Both the position numbers and the translations under genes were made by a program. Under the pieces are notes generated by a model. It saw only the letters and a list, made by a program, of their open reading frames with translations, was not told where the DNA came from and did not search any database. A stretch of DNA of 33,796 nucleotides from an uncultured Pseudomonadales bacterium (GTDB lineage Bacteria; Patescibacteriota; Microgenomatia; UBA1400; PJMF01). Location: the NCBI GenBank assembly GCA_964463605.1, contig CAYXBZ010000004.1, forward strand, positions 1 through 33,796, given 5' to 3'. This document shows positions 31,488-33,796 of the stretch, one piece after another; the first letter of the stretch is position 1, and each line of letters starts with the position of its first letter.

Positions 31488-33413
31488 CTAATTAACAACT
31501 TCTCCTTCTTCTACTTCATTCTCATTCTCTTCATCTTTTTTGCTCTCGTCAGCGGCTTTACTTTGAGTTTGTTCAGTTGCCTCAGCCTGCTGTGATTTTT
31601 GCATCGCTTCACCGAGTTTTTGGGCCACAGTCAAGGTTTGCTCAACCGCCTGATCAAGTTCCTCTTTAGTTGAATCCTCTTTTTGAGAGAGTTCCTTGAG
31701 TTTTTTAACAGCCTCCTCAATCTCCTTTTTATCTTTTTCGTCTATCTTGTCTCCGTAGTCTTTGAGCTGTTTTTCAAGCTCAAAAGAAACTCCATCGGCT
31801 TTATTGCGAGCTTCAACCAGCTCTTTTTTCTTCTTGTCTTCTTCGGCGTGTTCCTCGGCTTCTTGCTTCATCTTTTCCACCTCTTCATCTGAAAGATTGG
31901 TGGTGTTCTTGATCGTAATCGACTGCTCTTTACCGGTAGTTTTATCTTTAGCTGAAACGTTCAAAATACCATTAGAGTCGATATCAAATTTCACCTCAAC
32001 TTGAGGTACTCCACGAGGAGCAGGAGGGATGCCATCCAAAATAAACCTACCGAGTGATTTATTGTCAGAGGCCATCTCACGCTCTCCTTGTAACACATTA
32101 ATCTCAACTTGGGTTTGATTATCGCCTGCAGTAGAGAAAACATTAGAAGCACTGGTGGGGATGGTGGTGTTGCGATCAATTAAAGGAGTGCGAACTCCGC
32201 CCAGGGTTTCAATTCCCAAGGTTAGAGGAGTTACATCTAACAGAACTACATCTTGAACATCACCCGCAATCACACCCGCCTGAACAGCAGCTCCAACAGC
32301 CACCACCTCATCCGGATTAACTCCTTTATGAGGAGCCTTGCCAAAAAACTCTTTTACTTTCTCTTGAATCTTAGGCATTCTAGTTTGACCACCAACCAAA
32401 ACTACCTGGTCAATTTCACTAGCCTTAATTCCCGCATCTTTGAGCGCTTTTTGAACAGGCTTAAGAGAATTTTCAATCAAGTCATCTACTAATTCCTCAA
32501 GCTTAGAGCGAGTCAGCGACATAGTCAAGTGAAGAGGATTGCCATCTTTACTTTGAGTAATGAAGGGCTGATTGATCTCTGTTTGTTGAGAAGTTGAAAG
32601 TTCAATCTTGGCTTTCTCAGCCGCATCTTTAATTCTTTGTAGAGCCTGATTATCCTTAGACAGATCAACATCATGTTCTTTTTTGAACTCTTCGATAATC
32701 CAGTCCATTACTCGTTGATCAAAATCATTTCCGCCCAAAAAAGTGTCTCCATTGGTGGACTTAACTTCAAACACTCCATCTCCAATTTCAAGAATTGAAA
32801 TATCAAACGTACCACCACCCAAATCGTAGACAGCAATGACTTCATTGCCTTTTTTGTCCAATCCATAAGCTAGCGAGGCAGCAGTTGGTTCATTTACAAT
32901 TCTCTCAACCTTCAAGCCGGCAATTTCTCCTGCCTGCTTGGTTGCCTGACGCTGCGAATCATCAAAGTAAGCGGGAACAGTGATTACTGCTCTCTCTACA
33001 TCTTCACCCAAGTAACTCTCTGCATCTCTTTTGGCTTTCATCAGCACTTGAGCTGATATTTCTTGAGGCGTGTACTCTTTGCCATCAACTTTAACCACCG
33101 CCATACCATCCTTGCCTTCTGAAATTTCATAAGTGGCATGTTTAATAGCTTTTTTAACTTGAGGATCACTGTATTTGCGTCCGATATAACGTTTAACTGA
33201 TTCAACAGTTGTTTTTGGGTTAAGCACCATCTGCCTTTTGGCAGGTTCGCCGACGATGATTTCCTTACCTTTGAAGGCAACTATTGAGGGAAAAGTGTTT
33301 TTTCCTTCAGCAGAGGGAATGATTTTAGGAGAACCACCTTCCATTACTGCCACTGCCGAGTTGGTGGTACCCAAATCGATACCAATTATTTTACCTGTTG
33401 CTGTTTTTGGCAT
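31488..33413 (-). CDS. dnaK: Molecular chaperone DnaK (Hsp70)
   Basis: Contains [18 protein letters not shown] and [10 protein letters not shown]. 641 aa with a Glu/Lys-rich tail. SD AAAGGA. Confidence 0.98.
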   Translation of the reverse strand: MPKTATGKIIGIDLGTTNSAVAVMEGGSPKIIPSAEGKNTFPSIVAFKGKEIIVGEPAKRQMVLNPKTTVESVKRYIGRKYSDPQVKKAIKHATYEISEGKDGMAVVKVDGKEYTPQEISAQVLMKAKRDAESYLGEDVERAVITVPAYFDDSQRQATKQAGEIAGLKVERIVNEPTAASLAYGLDKKGNEVIAVYDLGGGTFDISILEIGDGVFEVKSTNGDTFLGGNDFDQRVMDWIIEEFKKEHDVDLSKDNQALQRIKDAAEKAKIELSTSQQTEINQPFITQSKDGNPLHLTMSLTRSKLEELVDDLIENSLKPVQKALKDAGIKASEIDQVVLVGGQTRMPKIQEKVKEFFGKAPHKGVNPDEVVAVGAAVQAGVIAGDVQDVVLLDVTPLTLGIETLGGVRTPLIDRNTTIPTSASNVFSTAGDNQTQVEINVLQGEREMASDNKSLGRFILDGIPPAPRGVPQVEVKFDIDSNGILNVSAKDKTTGKEQSITIKNTTNLSDEEVEKMKQEAEEHAEEDKKKKELVEARNKADGVSFELEKQLKDYGDKIDEKDKKEIEEAVKKLKELSQKEDSTKEELDQAVEQTLTVAQKLGEAMQKSQQAEATEQTQSKAADESKKDEENENEVEEGEVVN

Positions 33414-33485
33414 ATTGTTACGTCCTTTCTTAAGATTTACTTGTTGCTTATTATTTTTGTAATTGCTACTAGTTCAAACGATTTA

Positions 33486-33796
33486 TTACTGTTGCAGTTG
33501 CTTTTTTTCACCCAGAATGACTTTTGCATGTGATAGCACCTTATCTTTGAGTTTATATCCTGGTTGCAATACATCAATTACTATCTCTCCCTCACCCTTT
33601 TTTTCAACTGCCTCCATTGTTTCCAAGTCAAATTTTTTACCCAGTGCCCCAATCTCTTCAACGCCAGCTTCGCTCAAAACCTGCTTCAATTGATTAACCA
33701 CCATCTCTAATCCTTGATCCTCTAACTGGGCAGCCGCTTTTTTCAAGTGGTTAAAAACGGGCAGTAATGACTCTAGTAGTTGTTGATTAGCAAAAC
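33486..33796 (-). CDS. grpE: Nucleotide exchange factor GrpE (partial; N-terminus off the window edge)
   Basis: The frame stays open upstream of the ORF-track TTG, through to the window edge (..FANQQLLESLLPVFNHLKKAA..). The LLPV.N..KA pattern and the C-terminal beta domain (VLQPGYKLKDKVLSHAKV) match GrpE. It sits directly upstream of dnaK. Confidence 0.85.
   Translation of the reverse strand, partial: FANQQLLESLLPVFNHLKKAAAQLEDQGLEMVVNQLKQVLSEAGVEEIGALGKKFDLETMEAVEKKGEGEIVIDVLQPGYKLKDKVLSHAKVILGEKKQLQQ

Noticed and set aside
33414-33485. Search for a CIRCE (TTAGCACTC-N9-GAGTGCTAA) heat-shock operator around the grpE-dnaK-dnaJ genes.
   Set aside because: No match in the visible spacers (33414-33485, 31412-31487, 30700-30739). 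The operon promoter lies upstream of grpE, outside the window.
1-33796. CRISPR arrays, tandem repeats, IS elements, toxin-antitoxin pairs, restriction-modification or other known defence modules.
   Set aside because: Reading through the window by eye, I found no regularly spaced direct repeats. I also found no transposase, integrase, Cas, methyltransferase or nuclease signatures. The only coding repeat is the short DEV/EEV acidic tail at 15450-15500.

Overview
By eye this is an AT-rich, very gene-dense window: about 36 CDS, one tRNA and one tmRNA. Almost everything is on the minus strand; the only plus-strand genes are comFC, ssrA, a sugar nucleotidyltransferase and one orphan ORF. Content is mostly core housekeeping. 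It includes grpE-dnaK-(GT2)-dnaJ, nusA-infB, rpsO, pnp, ftsK, RNase J, Fe/Mn SOD, a SufS-type desulfurase and a ferredoxin plus FNR-type reductase. There is also a pentose/nucleotide-salvage cluster (PfkB kinase, LOG-family, Rpe-like, RpiB) and many small membrane proteins. Several traits suggest a reduced-genome bacterium of the Candidate Phyla Radiation / Patescibacteria type using the standard code: IF-2 starts directly at its G domain, DnaJ lacks a zinc finger, a Lon-derived ATPase lacks a protease domain, and many orphan ORFs are present. This placement is inference only. I found no CRISPR array, rRNA, transposase/integrase, prophage or recognisable defence island. I cannot point to a clear novel multi-gene system. 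The items most worth a second look are these. (1) A Lon-derived AAA+ module with neither the N-terminal substrate domain nor the protease domain, sitting directly upstream of a 570-aa orphan polytopic membrane protein. (2) -10 boxes (two of them extended TGn-type) lying 5-7 nt from start codons that lack Shine-Dalgarno sequences, suggesting leaderless mRNAs. (3) A tmRNA with a 28-codon tag and a non-canonical T-loop. (4) An 81-nt extended hairpin in GC-richer unexplained spacer downstream of tRNA-Val. (5) An opposite-strand orphan ORF plus a 400-bp spacer splitting the normally tight rpsO-pnp pair. (6) A 15-nt motif shared by the upstream regions of two unrelated small genes.
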